Assembly: GCF_001194135.2 (NCBI RefSeq)
Contig: NC_068998.1
Coordinates: forward strand, 23,314,098-23,378,097
Length of the DNA stretch: 64,000 nt
From: Octopus bimaculoides
Taxonomy: Eukaryota
Direction of reading: 5' to 3'
Positions 1-13,012 of this stretch are shown here, piece after piece. The notes under the pieces are model-generated. The model did not search any database, was not told the origin of the DNA, and was given only the letters and a program-made list of their open reading frames with translations. The translations under genes were made by a program, and so were the position numbers. Positions within the stretch are counted from its first letter, which is position 1, and every line of letters begins with the position of its first letter.

Positions 1-418
1 ATATATATATATATATATACACATATATACATATTATCTTTTAAGGGCCAAAGTAGTTGATTAAACTAGTGCTATCTTCCTTTTTGCGGTCTCTAAATGA
101 GTTATCGTGATTGGCATTTTTTTTTATATGTATATTTCGCAAACGCTAATATAATAATATGCCTAATCTTCTGAGATTACTTTGCATCTGTATACTGTTT
201 CTTTGGTCTTGCAGTTAGTGTCAAGGGGATATAATCTACTTATTGCGCAATCACAATGTTTATCTATAATTCTAGCTTCTTTATCTTATTTTCCTTCCTG
301 ATTATTGCTTTTGTTATTTCTGCTCCCTTTTATCTTCTCATTTACATTTCGTTTCTTGATTTTCAATTTTAGCATCGCTTTCTAATATATTATTTGGGTT
401 ATTATTCACAACGGCTCT

Positions 419-631
419 ATTATTATTATTATTATTCAGTAGTTTTATTTTTATAACGTGCTTTCACTTCACTACCGAGCGCAGCTCTGTGCGCCTTGGG
501 TATGTGCTGTGGTTTGCTGTGGTGCTCTTATGTTTACTGTATTGAAAGTGTTTTGCGTAGGATGTGTGCAGTACCCAGTAGTGCAATTTTCTGTATGTTA
601 TATATATTTGTAAGTCCTGCTATTTTTGTTA
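419..631 (-). mobile_element. 3' end of RLE-type (R4/Dong-like) non-LTR retrotransposon with 3' UTR and (AAT)n tail, truncated by gap
   Basis: Minus strand translates TKIAGLTNIYNIQKIALLGTAHILRKTLSIQ*, the typical C-terminus of restriction-like-endonuclease LINE ORFs, followed by a UTR and (TAA)n tail at ~419-436. Confidence 0.85.
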
Positions 632-994
632 NNNNNNNNNNNNNNNNNNNNNNNNNNNNNNNNNNNNNNNNNNNNNNNNNNNNNNNNNNNNNNNNNNNNN
701 NNNNNNNNNNNNNNNNNNNNNNNNNNNNNNNNNNNNNNNNNNNNNNNNNNNNNNNNNNNNNNNNNNNNNNNNNNNNNNNNNNNNNNNNNNNNNNNNNNNN
801 NNNNNNNNNNNNNNNNNNNNNNNNNNNNNNNNNNNNNNNNNNNNNNNNNNNNNNNNNNNNNNNNNNNNNNNNNNNNNNNNNNNNNNNNNNNNNNNNNNNN
901 NNNNNNNNNNNNNNNNNNNNNNNNNNNNNNNNNNNNNNNNNNNNNNNNNNNNNNNNNNNNNNNNNNNNNNNNNNNNNNNNNNNNNNNNNNNNNN

Positions 995-1066
<72 letters not shown>

Positions 1067-1074
1067 CATCATCA

Positions 1075-1157
<83 letters not shown>

Positions 1158-1188
1158 ATTATAATTATTATTATTGTTATCATTACTC
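995..1188. repeat. (TAT)n/(CAT)n trinucleotide microsatellite
   Basis: Directly visible; abuts gap 632-994. Confidence 0.97.
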
Positions 1189-2329
1189 ATTTCGCTGCGT
1201 CTATGCCTTAAGTTCGTATTTTCATTGTGGATATTTGCTTTTACTATGCTGCTCTTTTTAGCATTTTTATTTCCCTGTTCATATGTTTGGATGATGTATC
1301 CAAAAGTTGTAACCCATGGATCGGTTTCATTTTTATCCTTATTTACTTTAACTCATCGTGTTTCATTAATATTAGGTAATATGTTTATGTTATAGTTAAT
1401 CATTTTACCGTAGAAATAAATTGATATTTTTGTATTTTGTGCTGCTATTATTTTTCCCATATTACTTTTGTTCGAAAAGGCAATTCTTACCGAGTGCGAG
1501 TTAGGGATTTTATAATATTTGTTACCTTTAGGAAAGTGTTTATTTACCGCCGAAATAAATAATTACTAAATATTTGGGCTAATTTTTTTTTTACCAGCAG
1601 TGTTGAAAGGTCATGATCTTGGCTAGTTTTGGAACAATGACAGCACCACGTGAATTTCAGCTGGACTTCTATTTGATTGAGATGTTATCTGAACAATGCG
1701 GTTGATTCCACCCCGAAGACGTGGCAACTGACAATAAGTGCACATAAAGATACCAATTTTGCAGTGTGTATTAATGAATTGCAGCAGAAATATATGTAGG
1801 GGCAGAAAGGAAAAGAAGTAATTGACTGGTGAATAAAATTGGATATAAATCTCTATTCTCCGGAAAAAGGCAGTTTCTATGGAGACATATAGATTTACCG
1901 ATGTGAAGATGGACACGGCTTAGCAAATCAAATTAACTGGAGTTTTTTATGCTCTCACGGGTGTTACTCATCAGCTTAAATAAACGCTGCATGTGACTAC
2001 TGTAACAACTTGGATGCTACATCCCTACCAACCATAATTTGGAAACTTGTATATATATATATATATATATATATNNNNNNNNNNNNNNNNNNNNNNNNNN
2101 NNNNNNNNNNNNNNNNNNNNNNNNNNNNNNNNNNNNNNNNNNNNNNNNNNNNNNNNNNNNNNNNNNNNNNNNNNNNNNNNNNNNNNNNNNNNNNNNNNNN
2201 NNNNNNNNNNNNNNNNNNNNNNNNNNNNNNNNNNNNNNNNNNNNNNNNNNNNNNNNNNNNNNNNNNNNNNNNNNNNNNNNNNNNNNNNNNNNNNNNNNNN
2301 NNNNNNNNNNNNNNNNNNNNNNNNNNNNG

Positions 2330-2421
2330 AAGTGTTTTGCTCAAGAGCAAAACGCATCACCCGGCGCAGGAATCAAAATCACAATCTTAAGATCATGAGC
2401 GACTAATCCACCTGCCTTCAC
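2330..2421 (-). mobile_element. Degenerate tRNA-derived SINE head (third family, GTGAAGGC...)
   Basis: Reverse complement gtgaaggcaggtggattagtcgctcatgatcttaagattgtgattttgattcctgcgccgggtgatgcgttttgctcttgagcaaaacac has a degenerate B-box and CORE-like 'ttgagcaa..cac' segment. Confidence 0.55.
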
Positions 2422-2527
2422 AGACACACATACATACACACACACGCACTCACGCACACACATACATGCACATACGCACGAGCACGCACGCACACACACA
2501 CACACACACACACACGCGCGCGCGCGT
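2422..2527. repeat. (CA)n/(CG)n compound microsatellite
   Basis: Directly visible. Confidence 0.95.
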
Positions 2528-2849
2528 ATGGTAAATGAAAGACAGAATATGGAAAATACGAGAATTTTTATTAATCACGGAAATTGTTTCAACACATCTA
2601 GCATCGACCCCTCACAGGTGGGATACTTAACAACTACATCACGAGTATCCAACAGTGCAGATATGTCTCGTTGTGTGATAAATAGAAACGAATCATTGCA
2701 ATAACAGTTCCGCAATATATCTTCTCATTTCATGTAAAGAATAGCAGCAAATTAAATTATATATCTTCATTTATTTAGAAGATCAAAAATAAAATAACAG
2801 ATGCAAAAAAGAAACGAACGCTCAGTAGAACGAGAAAAATATTAAAAAT

Positions 2850-3880
2850 ATCCGCTGTCGAATAGGGATGTATCGACACCCTAGTGCAAGCTGAACAGCG
2901 TATGCACACTCGTTCATATACATATTCACGAAGATGTAAGCATATGCACACGTGCGGTTAGGTGCACACACGTTCACATAGCAAGTTAAGTAGCTACTTG
3001 GTGTTCATAAGAATGGGGAGGTTAAAGCTAAACGTAATTCATCCATACCTTAGAGTAAATTATGTTAACAGTTAAATTAATTCCCATTTCATTGTGCGAA
3101 AGTAGATTTATACGCATGTAGGCATCTTGAGAGTCTTTCAGAAATTCTATTCATGTTCTTCGCATTGGTCCACAGAATATACAGAGATTCCTCGCAGCAT
3201 AACCAGCATCTCCTGGAAATGATATTGTATGGTTTTCCGTGACTTACTATGGAACAAGTTATGCTATATTTGATTTTCTCTTCCCTCAGTCGCCACACAA
3301 AATCGGCGAAAGGTGTTGAATGCCTCTTATTGATTCTCTTGAAACTGGCGATTCTAAAATGAATCAGCCGTTTTCCCGATTAAACGTACGGCCCTCCCCT
3401 TGTGTGCACGGTACATTCATATAAAAGATCTGTAATCATACAGACGTTCATCAACAAGCATCTTGATTTTTCTCTACTTGAGCATTTATTATAGTTTTGA
3501 ATATATGGCAGATCTGACTTCATTTTCCGACTTCGTTACCGTGTTATCTATATCGTGATGATTTCTACTATCACAATTTGGCCGTATTTTTATTGCAGTT
3601 AACATATCTTTCGTTCGTATTTAGATGCGTATGTTTACTAAATCCAGTAGGTGGTTTATTAAACTGTTACTGCATTTTACTATTGTTTATGCGGTGCATA
3701 TGCTGCTCTAAATTAGTAGACTTAGCGTAAGATACTTTCACGGTGAGCCGATTAAAATAGTGTGGTGTCTATTAGATTAAAGAAAACATTTGTTTCAAGC
3801 CGCCAAAAATTTTCGTCCGATCTTGGTTGAAACATGCGAACCGAAAATTTGGTTCAACCAGAGGACATCTGTTGTTTGGC
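2850..3880 (-). mobile_element. Penelope-like element relic (post-RT linker and GIY-YIG endonuclease, with stops/frameshifts)
   Basis: Minus-strand pieces: DVLWLNQIFGSHVSTKIGRKFL; FNRLTVKVSYAKSTNLEQHM; YECTVH...ASFKRINKRHSTPFADFVWRLREEKIKYSITCSIVSHGKPYNIISRRCWLCCEESLYIL...SERLSRCLHAYK. These match PLE C-terminal motifs. Confidence 0.85.
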
Positions 3881-4959
3881 TTATTTGATTGATGTTTTGT
3901 ACAGGATTGGAACAATGAACTGCCTTATAAACTGTTGGATTATTGTGTCATGTGTGTCTATGAGTTTACGTTAGTAGTTCTTTGCTTTGACCAATTCGTC
4001 TTGGCCTATATTCTCGATCAGAGTAAGTTCGCATATCGTAAATTTGTGATGGTGTACAATGTGTATTATTTTTAGAGGAGTTAAGTGTTGTGTATGTATG
4101 TATATATGTATGTATTCGTGTGTGTTATGTCTATGTATGTATACTTACTTATATCTAAAGAAATAAATTGGTGAGATGGCTTCAACGACGTGGTTTATTC
4201 CATATTGCTACTATTGTTTACATAAATCGTTACGCCCTTAGTATATAGGTAAGATCATATTATTACCACATTGAGTAATCACTACTAGTCTTCAAAGATG
4301 TAACATGTCATTTTTGTGGTATTTTCATTAAATCCTTTGTTTGATCAAATTATCATTTCACTGTATACAGTAACGAATACTCATGACACAAAACAAAAGA
4401 AGAAAACGATATCCAGTTAACTATAAAATATAATTCTACCTACACGGTCAGATCATAACGAAGAAGGAAAAGAAAATAGAGAATGAGATTAAGTGGACTT
4501 AGTATTTCCCGAACTTCTCAACTATCTACATAAAGGTGTCTAAGGTATACCCTTCCTGTTATGATTAAGCATTTGGCATAATCTTACACTACAATTTGCT
4601 ATCGTACAAAATTATTTACATTTTTCTTTTGATATTGTTTTCTTGGTCATTTTATGTATATCTTTAATCTTATATGCAAATTCCTGCAAATAATACACTC
4701 TGCCTCAGGTGTTCTTGTATAAAGGAAAATAGGTGTCTAATCCGAGGGTCTAGCCGAGAAATTATACACAATACTCATACCAAGATTTTAGATAATTTGT
4801 TCTTTACGTTAGCAATCAAAACTTTGCAATTTGTGGAATATTCTACTATGATATACACTGAACGGTTGTGCTCAATCTCGTGTAGGTTGCTTCGAATTTC
4901 TTTCGGTTACTGTTTCTGGAAACTAAATATTGTTTTCTACTCTACGCATAAGGACCATC

Positions 4960-5139
4960 CTTTTGGGGGAGGTGGGTGTGCATTCGATAATATCGACCCC
5001 AATAGGCAACTGGCACTTAATTCACCGACTCTGGAAGGTAAAGTTGACCTCAGTAGAATTTGATCTCAGAAGGTAAAGACAAACGATGTATCGCTAAGCA
5101 TCTCACCCGGCGTACTAACGTTTCTTCCAGCTCACCGCC
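4960..5139 (-). mobile_element. tRNA-derived SINE family A (head GGCGG(T/C)GAGCTGG)
   Basis: Shares ctggtactt..atcgacc..gaaag..aaagt(c/t)gacctc..gaatttga.ctcagaa..gctaagcat..cggcgt.ctaacg..ccagctcaccgcc with the other copies in the window. Confidence 0.85.
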
Positions 5140-5514
5140 GTTGGGAACTGAATATTAACTAAATTGCATTGTTAAGATCTAGAGTTGTCTGCTGGAGGAA
5201 TATTTCTTCAGCGAAAACTTCAAAAGCTACCGTTGGTTTATCCAGACAATTGAAACATCATTTCTACAAAAAGTACGAATATTTCTGCCCACCTGCATTA
5301 GTGAAGAGCCTTGCTGCAATCCATACAAAGTACAGTGTCTGACGTGGTTCTGATCTAAATGTATTTTAAACAGATAAAATCGATACAGATTTAATCTTTG
5401 TGGTAAGACGTAATCTTTAGAAGGAAATAAAATTAAATTTAGTGCTTATTGTAAATATTGCAAAAGGCCCTCAAAGCACTCAAGCCAAAATACCACAGGA
5501 CTTTCTTTCCAACA

Positions 5515-5675
5515 TACCATATACATATACAAATATGTACATACATACATACTTATATATATATATATATATGTATATATACACATTACACACACATTAC
5601 ACACACACATAAATAGATATACATAAACACACACACACGCGCGCACACACACGCACACACACACACACATATCCA
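5515..5675. repeat. (TA)/(CA)/(CG) compound microsatellite
   Basis: Directly visible. Confidence 0.93.
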
Positions 5676-8060
5676 TCAAAGCATAAAAATTAGAAATTAT
5701 CAGAAGCGTCTAGCAAATGTCTCCTTTCCCCCATCATTTTGGCACTTTCTCCTCCTCCTTCTATTTCTCATTCTCCCTCTCTCTGTTTATCTCATTCTCT
5801 CTCCCTCTCTTCCTACCTAAATATGTCTCTATTATGGAAATAAATTTCACTAATGAGACTCATAGATATTCCCATCTGTACAATTCCTCGTCGTTACGAA
5901 TTATTTAGATAAAAAGGAAAATAAACTTTCTATACGTGGTCTACTCCAGCATCTCAGATTATTTTCTTCTTTCTTTGTAACGAGTAAGAATTGGTAAATT
6001 TTCGTCCAAGAAATAATCTCTGTTCTTCAACTTTTCTTTCTAGCTTTTCCTTCATTTTACTTTACTCTCACTGTTTCTTCTCTTTCTATCCACCGTTCGA
6101 TATATGCATGTATATTTGTACATAGATGTATATGTATGTATTTACTTATATCTGAACCTATATAAATACATATGCACACATGTCCACTCTTTGTTTTCGT
6201 TCGTCTTCTTCGGTGTATTTTTTTCGGCGTATATGTCTATGTTTGTGTATGCAATATTATTTTTAGGTATGTGTCTGTGTGCGACTTTTCTTAGATTTAG
6301 TTTGATTTATGTCTGTTAAGTTCTCTTCTGTCGAAAGACTGTCCATTCGGACTCGTAGAAGTTTTCAATAAAAGGGAAAAAAAAAGAAAAGAAATTATTC
6401 TCTTCCCCAGTTTTTCATATAATTGAAATTTGTCTGATATACTGAATCTACTACACAGACAGAAAATGTCTGCCTGGCATTCCAGAATTGTTTGAATATA
6501 TTGTTTCTCTTATTGGTTGGTTGTTATACGACTTGTTTTTGTGTTCTTTTTTTTTTCTCTTATCATTGTACTTTGTACTTTGTTCTTTTTTATTGTTGAT
6601 TTTGAATCAATATAAATGTTGTTGGTGTTGTTATTAATGGAACGAAATTTCTTGATGAAGTCGTTTTCGTTGTTCTTACTTTTCTTGTTCTTGATAATAT
6701 TATCAATCTGACTTCGGCGTAAACTTGGCTAACTTATGCTCTGACTTGACAGTAAATCAGTTGACAACTACACAAGTCCACTATATCATCAATTAGATTC
6801 AATGTTGCTCAGATCTCACGTGTAAAGACAAAAAAAAAAAAATTAATTAATTAAAAACAATCGTTTGCATGATATATTCAGTTCGTTACTTTTACTGCTG
6901 CAAATGTGGAATTTCGTTTTGTTCTTTTGTGCTTTTCTTTGCTTGTTCCAGTGCGATTCCAATGATTTTAATCCATTTGTGAAATACTTTATTTCATGTA
7001 ATCTCTTTCAAGGCCCTCCTCTTTGCGTCTTCCCCTTCACATTATTATCCATATTATTGTCATCCCCTTCTAAGACATCATATTCCTGATTAATATTATC
7101 ATTATCTTCAGTAATTTTTAGCCTTAGCGTCAACTTTATATCCATCATCATAATAGCAGGAGCACAATCACTATGGTTATTGTGATATTCATCACCATCA
7201 TGGTCCTCATCATTATTGTGATCTTCGCCATCGTCGTCGTCTTCTTAACCATCATCACCAGTGTCAACTTAAAATGGGATTATATAAATATAATTGGAGT
7301 AAGACGGTAATATAGTAAATATATATATACCATACTACAGTAAATTATCTTTAAAACAAAAATATACAGTGATATCGTTACACCAAATATGATACACCAA
7401 CGTAGATAAAGTCAATACAATTTCCATTACAACAGTGACATCGTTAGTATAAATATACTACAATTATAGTATCGTAAAGAAATATTCATATAGTTACTAC
7501 ATATGTCTTATTCTAACAGTCATATCGTAGCTGAAGATGTCATATGTCGACAGTGATACATGTACAGATGCCATACGACATCAGTGTTTTCTAATTATAT
7601 ATCCATACCATACAAGTGGCAGCGTATATATAAATGTCATACTGCAACTCATTTTATTATATTTCCATATCAAATAATTTATTTTTAAATACTAATGATG
7701 GCTAATTCCATAGACATCATTCTTCATGACAAATATACTGCTATGTGTTTGGCATTCTTGCTAAAGGTTTTTATCATTACTATGCATTTTGTTTGTATGT
7801 TTACATCAACGGATATGAGGTCCTAGCTTAGCCACAAGCATAATAAAATCCAGAATTGTTACGTGGAAAGATATTCCAACAGTGGGCATAATGCCATTTT
7901 TATATTATTCACTTGGAATATCTTCATCTGTTTTTCAGTTTTTCGTATGCGTGTGTCTCTGTATTTACTACTATTGACCGTATAATGACTTCATCAATCT
8001 GCATTAATATGAATATCTTATATGCTTCGGTGCCCGCCAGAAAACAAAGCCTCCTCTCTA

Positions 8061-8261
8061 TAATTGGTACAGGGACTGAAATTCTTGCGTACTGAGTAGT
8101 AGTTTACGGCGATCTCAGTGCTCATCTGGTACTAATTCATCGACAACGAAAGCATGCAAAGCAAAGTCGATCTTGGGGGAATTTGAACTCAGAATATAAA
8201 AGCAGAAAATTGAGACGAATCATCTTGTCCGGCATGCTAACGATTCTGCATCTTCACCGCC
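8061..8261 (-). mobile_element. SINE family A copy
   Basis: ctggtactaattcatcgac...aaagtcgatcttgggggaatttgaactcagaa...ccggcatgctaacgattctgc..tcaccgcc. Confidence 0.85.
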
Positions 8262-9637
8262 TTAGACAGGCCGTAATATAACATTTGGTCAACGATAACA
8301 TTATGAATTTACATATAAAAGTATATGGAGCACTTTGTTTTGTTTTGTTTAGACAATATTTGTTTGGTTAAGTACAGCTAACGGAATAATAGTTGTATGT
8401 ATAAATATAACAAGGAGTTAACTCTGATTGGAATGATTACACAGTCACTATGCAATTAAAATATAATATACTGAGAATGCGTGTCGGTTCCAGACACAAC
8501 AGAAATAATGTCTGAAGTATGCAACATTTTAACTACTACTAATGACAACAATAATTAATGTTTCCCCACTATCCCTTCACACAATACTACACGAAGACAA
8601 AGTAAGAAGCAGCATAAAATGATGACTAGCCACCTATCCGTCAGTCGTCCGAGTTTCTATTGTATGCGTGAACAGCACCTATACTCGTGGACCATACTGG
8701 TACAATGAATATCCCATTGAATCGTCTTTTCATTTATACTTATCAGGTACACGTAATCGGCTTCATCATATCTCCACAATTCATACAAGGATAGTTTTTA
8801 TATCACCTTACCAGCCTCCAGATTGTTACTGAAGTAATGTCAAGGCTACTTAACCAACAATGCTTCTTTCATATACACAGAAATATTGCACCAGTCAAAT
8901 TTATTCAACCATACACAGCGGCAGTAGTAACATCTACTATGATCAACTCACGCTCTCACAGAGGATTAAGTACAAAGTGCTAAGCGCACCTCATTCACAG
9001 TATTTAGATAGAAAAGTTATAGATGGCATAATAGATACAGTAAAGCGGTGCAACGATATACATAACTTCTACAACATCGGTATACCGCCTATCTTACTGT
9101 CCTACATCTATTCGTCCTCGTCCACCTCCACTGATTTCTTGAGAATTACCAGTGCTATGGTTAGAAACCCTACACATTCACCCACTGCCCCACCGGCATG
9201 CTTTATCAGGCAGGTTTGCACTCTTAATTTTTCACCACACCACCTATTTGAATTCGTCTATCAGTCTGTCACCGATGCCACCATACTGCTTAAAATTATG
9301 AGCGGATCGTTTCCAGACTTCCCATGTCGCAGTGATCTGCAAATCAGTTTCATTATCGCATCTCGAGTGTACATTTACCGGTCTCTTCATTTATTAAATT
9401 ATTTTCCCAAATTCCTCTTAATTTCTATTTAATACATAAGTCAGTTTGCTAGTGTAAGTCAATTTTCTAGTGTAAAACAAGCAAGGAATATTTCATGCAC
9501 ACAATATCGATTAAAGAATATCATAAATAGTCATCTTCATTTACCGATGTTATGATTATAATAGCATTTTCATATTTAAATGCTATGCTTTAGACATCTA
9601 AGTCACAGTATCGTTACTGCGACAGAAACAATACATA

Positions 9638-9820
9638 GCGGCATTTCTTCCAACTTTACATCCTGAATTCAAATCCCGACCAGGCCGACTGTACTCGTCA
9701 TCATTTGGGAATTAATAAAATAAGTACCAATTGAGCACTGGGGTCGATATAATCGACTTGCACTCTCCAGCGAAATTGCTGGCCTTGTGTCAAAATTTCA
9801 AAACAATTTATAATTGCAAG
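9638..9820 (+). mobile_element. SINE family A copy (5'-eroded)
   Basis: gcggcatttc...ctgaattcaaatccc...taagtaccaattgagcactggggtcgatataatcgact...gctggccttgtgtcaaaatttcaaa. Confidence 0.8.
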
Positions 9821-11028
9821 GGATTTAGCACACTTATCATATGTTTATGAAACACATCTAGAATCAGTAGCAAACGATCACGATAAACAAACCAATAGTC
9901 GTAGTATTTGCCGCGAATGTTTTCTCCAAATTACTTTTTGTTTCTTGTTTGTCTAATAATCTTACACTAAATTATCATTGCACCTCTTTCAAACTTAATA
10001 CGCCTCTGCTTGCCTGGTATCAAAACCGTTGTCAAATTAACAGTTTTTGAAATGAAATAGTCATTGATTTGATGAATGGGTGAGGCGAGACGTCTTTCAT
10101 ATGATTACATATCAACACTGTAAGGATGCGCAGTCACTTATCACCATGATATTTATTTGGCATTAATTTAATTCCCGTTAAGTGATAAAAGTAAAACGAA
10201 TATATACAATACTTTACGAAATAACTTTAGATGAGTACTTTACAGGTTCTGCATATATTTAGAGGAGAAAAACATTGTACTAGGCACAGAATACGCCATG
10301 AGTATTAACTACTATTTGCATCGCGTAGTATGGAAAACTCCATCTGTTGTGATATTCAAGTTAACAGATGTTCGGCATATCCAATGGTCTCCATCTGTAG
10401 ATTTGGCGCCGAAATTCTGCTCTTAACTTCGTTCGCTTGACTTTGAGTTAATTGGGTCAAGCAACACGCGTTAATACGTCGAAAAGGTTTAGCATTCCAT
10501 GCAGAATCAAACTAATTCAGTGAAAATAAAAAGGTTTGAAATGAATAATTGTTTCTGCAGGAATGATGGGCTGCCACACCAAATTTTAAATTTCAAAGCA
10601 TCGTATTATCACTGTCTCAGTAGAGCAATTAATTCAGTATTTTAGTCGTTTCATAGTGTATTAAGAGTGGTAAACTTATTGATTTTTTTTTCTTTGATGG
10701 TACGTAGTATCACTAATAAAATTTTCAGCGAAGAGAAAGGAAATTCCCTGCACAGTCTACAGCATTTGTCTGACTGTTGACCTGGAAGGCTAGAGTGTCA
10801 TGTTTCTATATTCCCTATAAAGTACTCAGATAAAAATTAATTATGATTTGTCCACATTTTAGAAAAGAGTTATATAAGTTAATGTAATAATAAAATGGTT
10901 ATCTGAAAGGTTTTTAATGCATAAGATTGAAATAGGGAAATATTTTCTATCAGTGCATGTCATCATATTAGCAATTCTCTCGAATGGCAGTATAAATGGT
11001 ATCAGTATTCCTAAATAACATATTATTA

Positions 11029-11217
11029 ATATTGGTTTCGCGAGAAGGTGTAAGTCGATTTCATCAACCTCAGTGTTCAGCTAGTATTTATTTTATTGAC
11101 CCCGAAAGGGTGGAACGCTGAGTCAACCTCGATGGAATCGGACTAAGATTGTAGAGACGAAAGAAATGCTGCTAAGAATCTCGTCCGGCGTGCTAACGAT
11201 TGTGTAAGCTCTACGCC
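11029..11217 (-). mobile_element. SINE family A copy
   Basis: gtaagtcgatttcatcaacctcagtgttcagctagtatttattttattgaccccgaaaggg...gctaagaatctcgtccggcgtgctaacgatt. Confidence 0.85.
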
Positions 11218-11221
11218 TTTG

Positions 11222-11419
11222 ATATTGGTTTCAAATTTTGGCACAAGTCCAGTAATTTAAAAGAAGTGGGTAAGTCTATTACATCGAACCCAGTTGTTCA
11301 ACTAGTACTTATTTTATCGCCTTCTAATGTATGAGACGTCATTTGAACTCAGAACATGAAAACGAATGAAATGTTGCTAAGCAATTTTCCTGGCATGCTA
11401 TCGGATCTGCCAAATCGCC
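11222..11419 (-). mobile_element. SINE family A copy
   Basis: attggtttcaaattttggcacaag...ctagtacttattttatcg...atttgaactcagaac...gctaagcaattttcctggcatgcta...tcgcc. Confidence 0.85.
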
Positions 11420-11454
11420 ATTTTGTATATTAATACCTTGTCCTGAAAGTTCAA

Positions 11455-11680
11455 GGCGTCGAGCTGCCAGAATCGTTATGCGGCCACGCAGAAAAAATCG
11501 CTTAGCGGCATTACGCCCGTCTTTGTTTTCTGAGTTGAAATTCTGCTGAGGTTGACATTGACTTTCATCTTTTCAGGGTCGATAAAAAATTGAGTACCAG
11601 TTGCTGATTATGGTTGATTTAATTGACTAACTACTTCCCCCAAAGTTTTAGGTGTTGTGTATATAGTAGAAAGGAATATT
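11455..11680 (+). mobile_element. SINE family A copy
   Basis: ggcgtcgagctgccagaatcgtta...gcttagcggcatt...ttctgagttgaaattctgctgaggttgacattgactttcatcttttcagggtcgataaa...gtaccagtt. Confidence 0.88.
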
Positions 11681-12184
11681 AGTTTGGAGTCTACATTGCA
11701 TGCAAAGAATGCAAGTTATATACATGATTTGAGTATTTGATTTCCTTTCCACTTGAAGGAAGAAAAGAGTTTTTCTACAGTATGGTAGGTTCTACTTTTC
11801 ATTATAGAACGTAAAGAAAATCCCTCGACTAGAGTAAGATATATCGCAGTCAGCCCCCTTGCATACTTTACCATCAGCTCCTTAACCCATTTCGTCATCT
11901 GTCTTTATGTCCATTTTGATAAAATACGCTATTCAATTAACTATAAAATCGCGATTTGTACGTATATTGTTATTACTAGTATAATAGTTAGGTGACAGGC
12001 CAGATATGAATGAGTCACTTTCGTTGATAACATCAGCTACAATACTTGACTTCAACTTCAAATTTCTCGACGAAAGAACAATGAAAAAGATGGATGACGG
12101 TAATCGGATAGTAACTTCAGTATCATTAGCAATACAAAAACTACATTTTTAAGCACTATTACGATTCGTCATATTGCATAAAAA

Positions 12185-12385
12185 CTTTCGAGGGGAGTAT
12201 TACATAAAAACAATCGAGGGGAGTAGTACAAGTCGATTACACCTGTCACAGTGTTCAGCTGGTATTTATTTTATCGATTCCGAAAGAATGAAGGGTAGAG
12301 ACAAACTCGGTGAAATTCTGAATTCAGAACATAAAGACAGACAACATTTCGCCCTGTGAAGAAACGATTCTGTCTGCTCGCCGCC
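12185..12385 (-). mobile_element. SINE family A copy
   Basis: caagtcgattacacc...cagctggtatttattttatcgattccgaaagaatgaagg...aacgattctgtctgctcgccgcc; small duplication tcgaggggagta x2 at the tail end. Confidence 0.82.
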
Positions 12386-12885
12386 ATATTAAGATTGTCA
12401 ATATTAATATTAGCAGAGAAATTCTTAATACAACTATCTATGCGGATCCCTACTGTTAAAAAGACAGATACCTAAACTTGTGGTTCGTATGTGTATTTAG
12501 CATTCATTTCGTAAAACAGAAACACAAAAATTAACCTAGCTATGTGCGTATCCAAATTTGTATGGCTTTAAATGTGCAAGATGCTACACACTTATTCTGC
12601 ATGTGTTATATGTTTGGGTACGACACACCAAAATTTGAGTAATGTACGTACTTAATGTGTGCCTATTTTTTTCTTTGTGCCCGGCCTGAATGATGTGCAC
12701 TAAGTCGTGAACGATACGTGTATTATAAACATGAGAAAAGAAGTAGTAAAACTGGGGGTCATGTGAATTAACAAAAAGGACGGATCACACAAGACCGAGA
12801 GTACAGAGTGGAAAAGAAAGAGAGAGAAAGAGAGAGGGAGAAATGTACACACACATAATCTGAAAGGGAGAAAGCAATATAATTG

Positions 12886-12904
12886 GTGGTGGTGATGGTG
12901 GTGG

Positions 12905-12947
<43 letters not shown>

Positions 12948-13012
12948 AACGACGACGACGACGACGATGTTAATGACAATGACGACAACACTGATGATAT
13001 CCTAATGGTGTG
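12886..13012. repeat. (GGT)/(GAT)n/(GAC)n compound trinucleotide microsatellite
   Basis: Directly visible. Confidence 0.95.

Noticed and set aside
130-330. Possible Penelope RT-thumb relic (IVIAQ*VDYIPLTL)
   Set aside because: Similarity too weak to support by eye.
2333-2352. Hairpin gttttgctc-aa-gagcaaaac
   Set aside because: Lies within a decayed SINE; explained by mutation of its semi-palindromic core.
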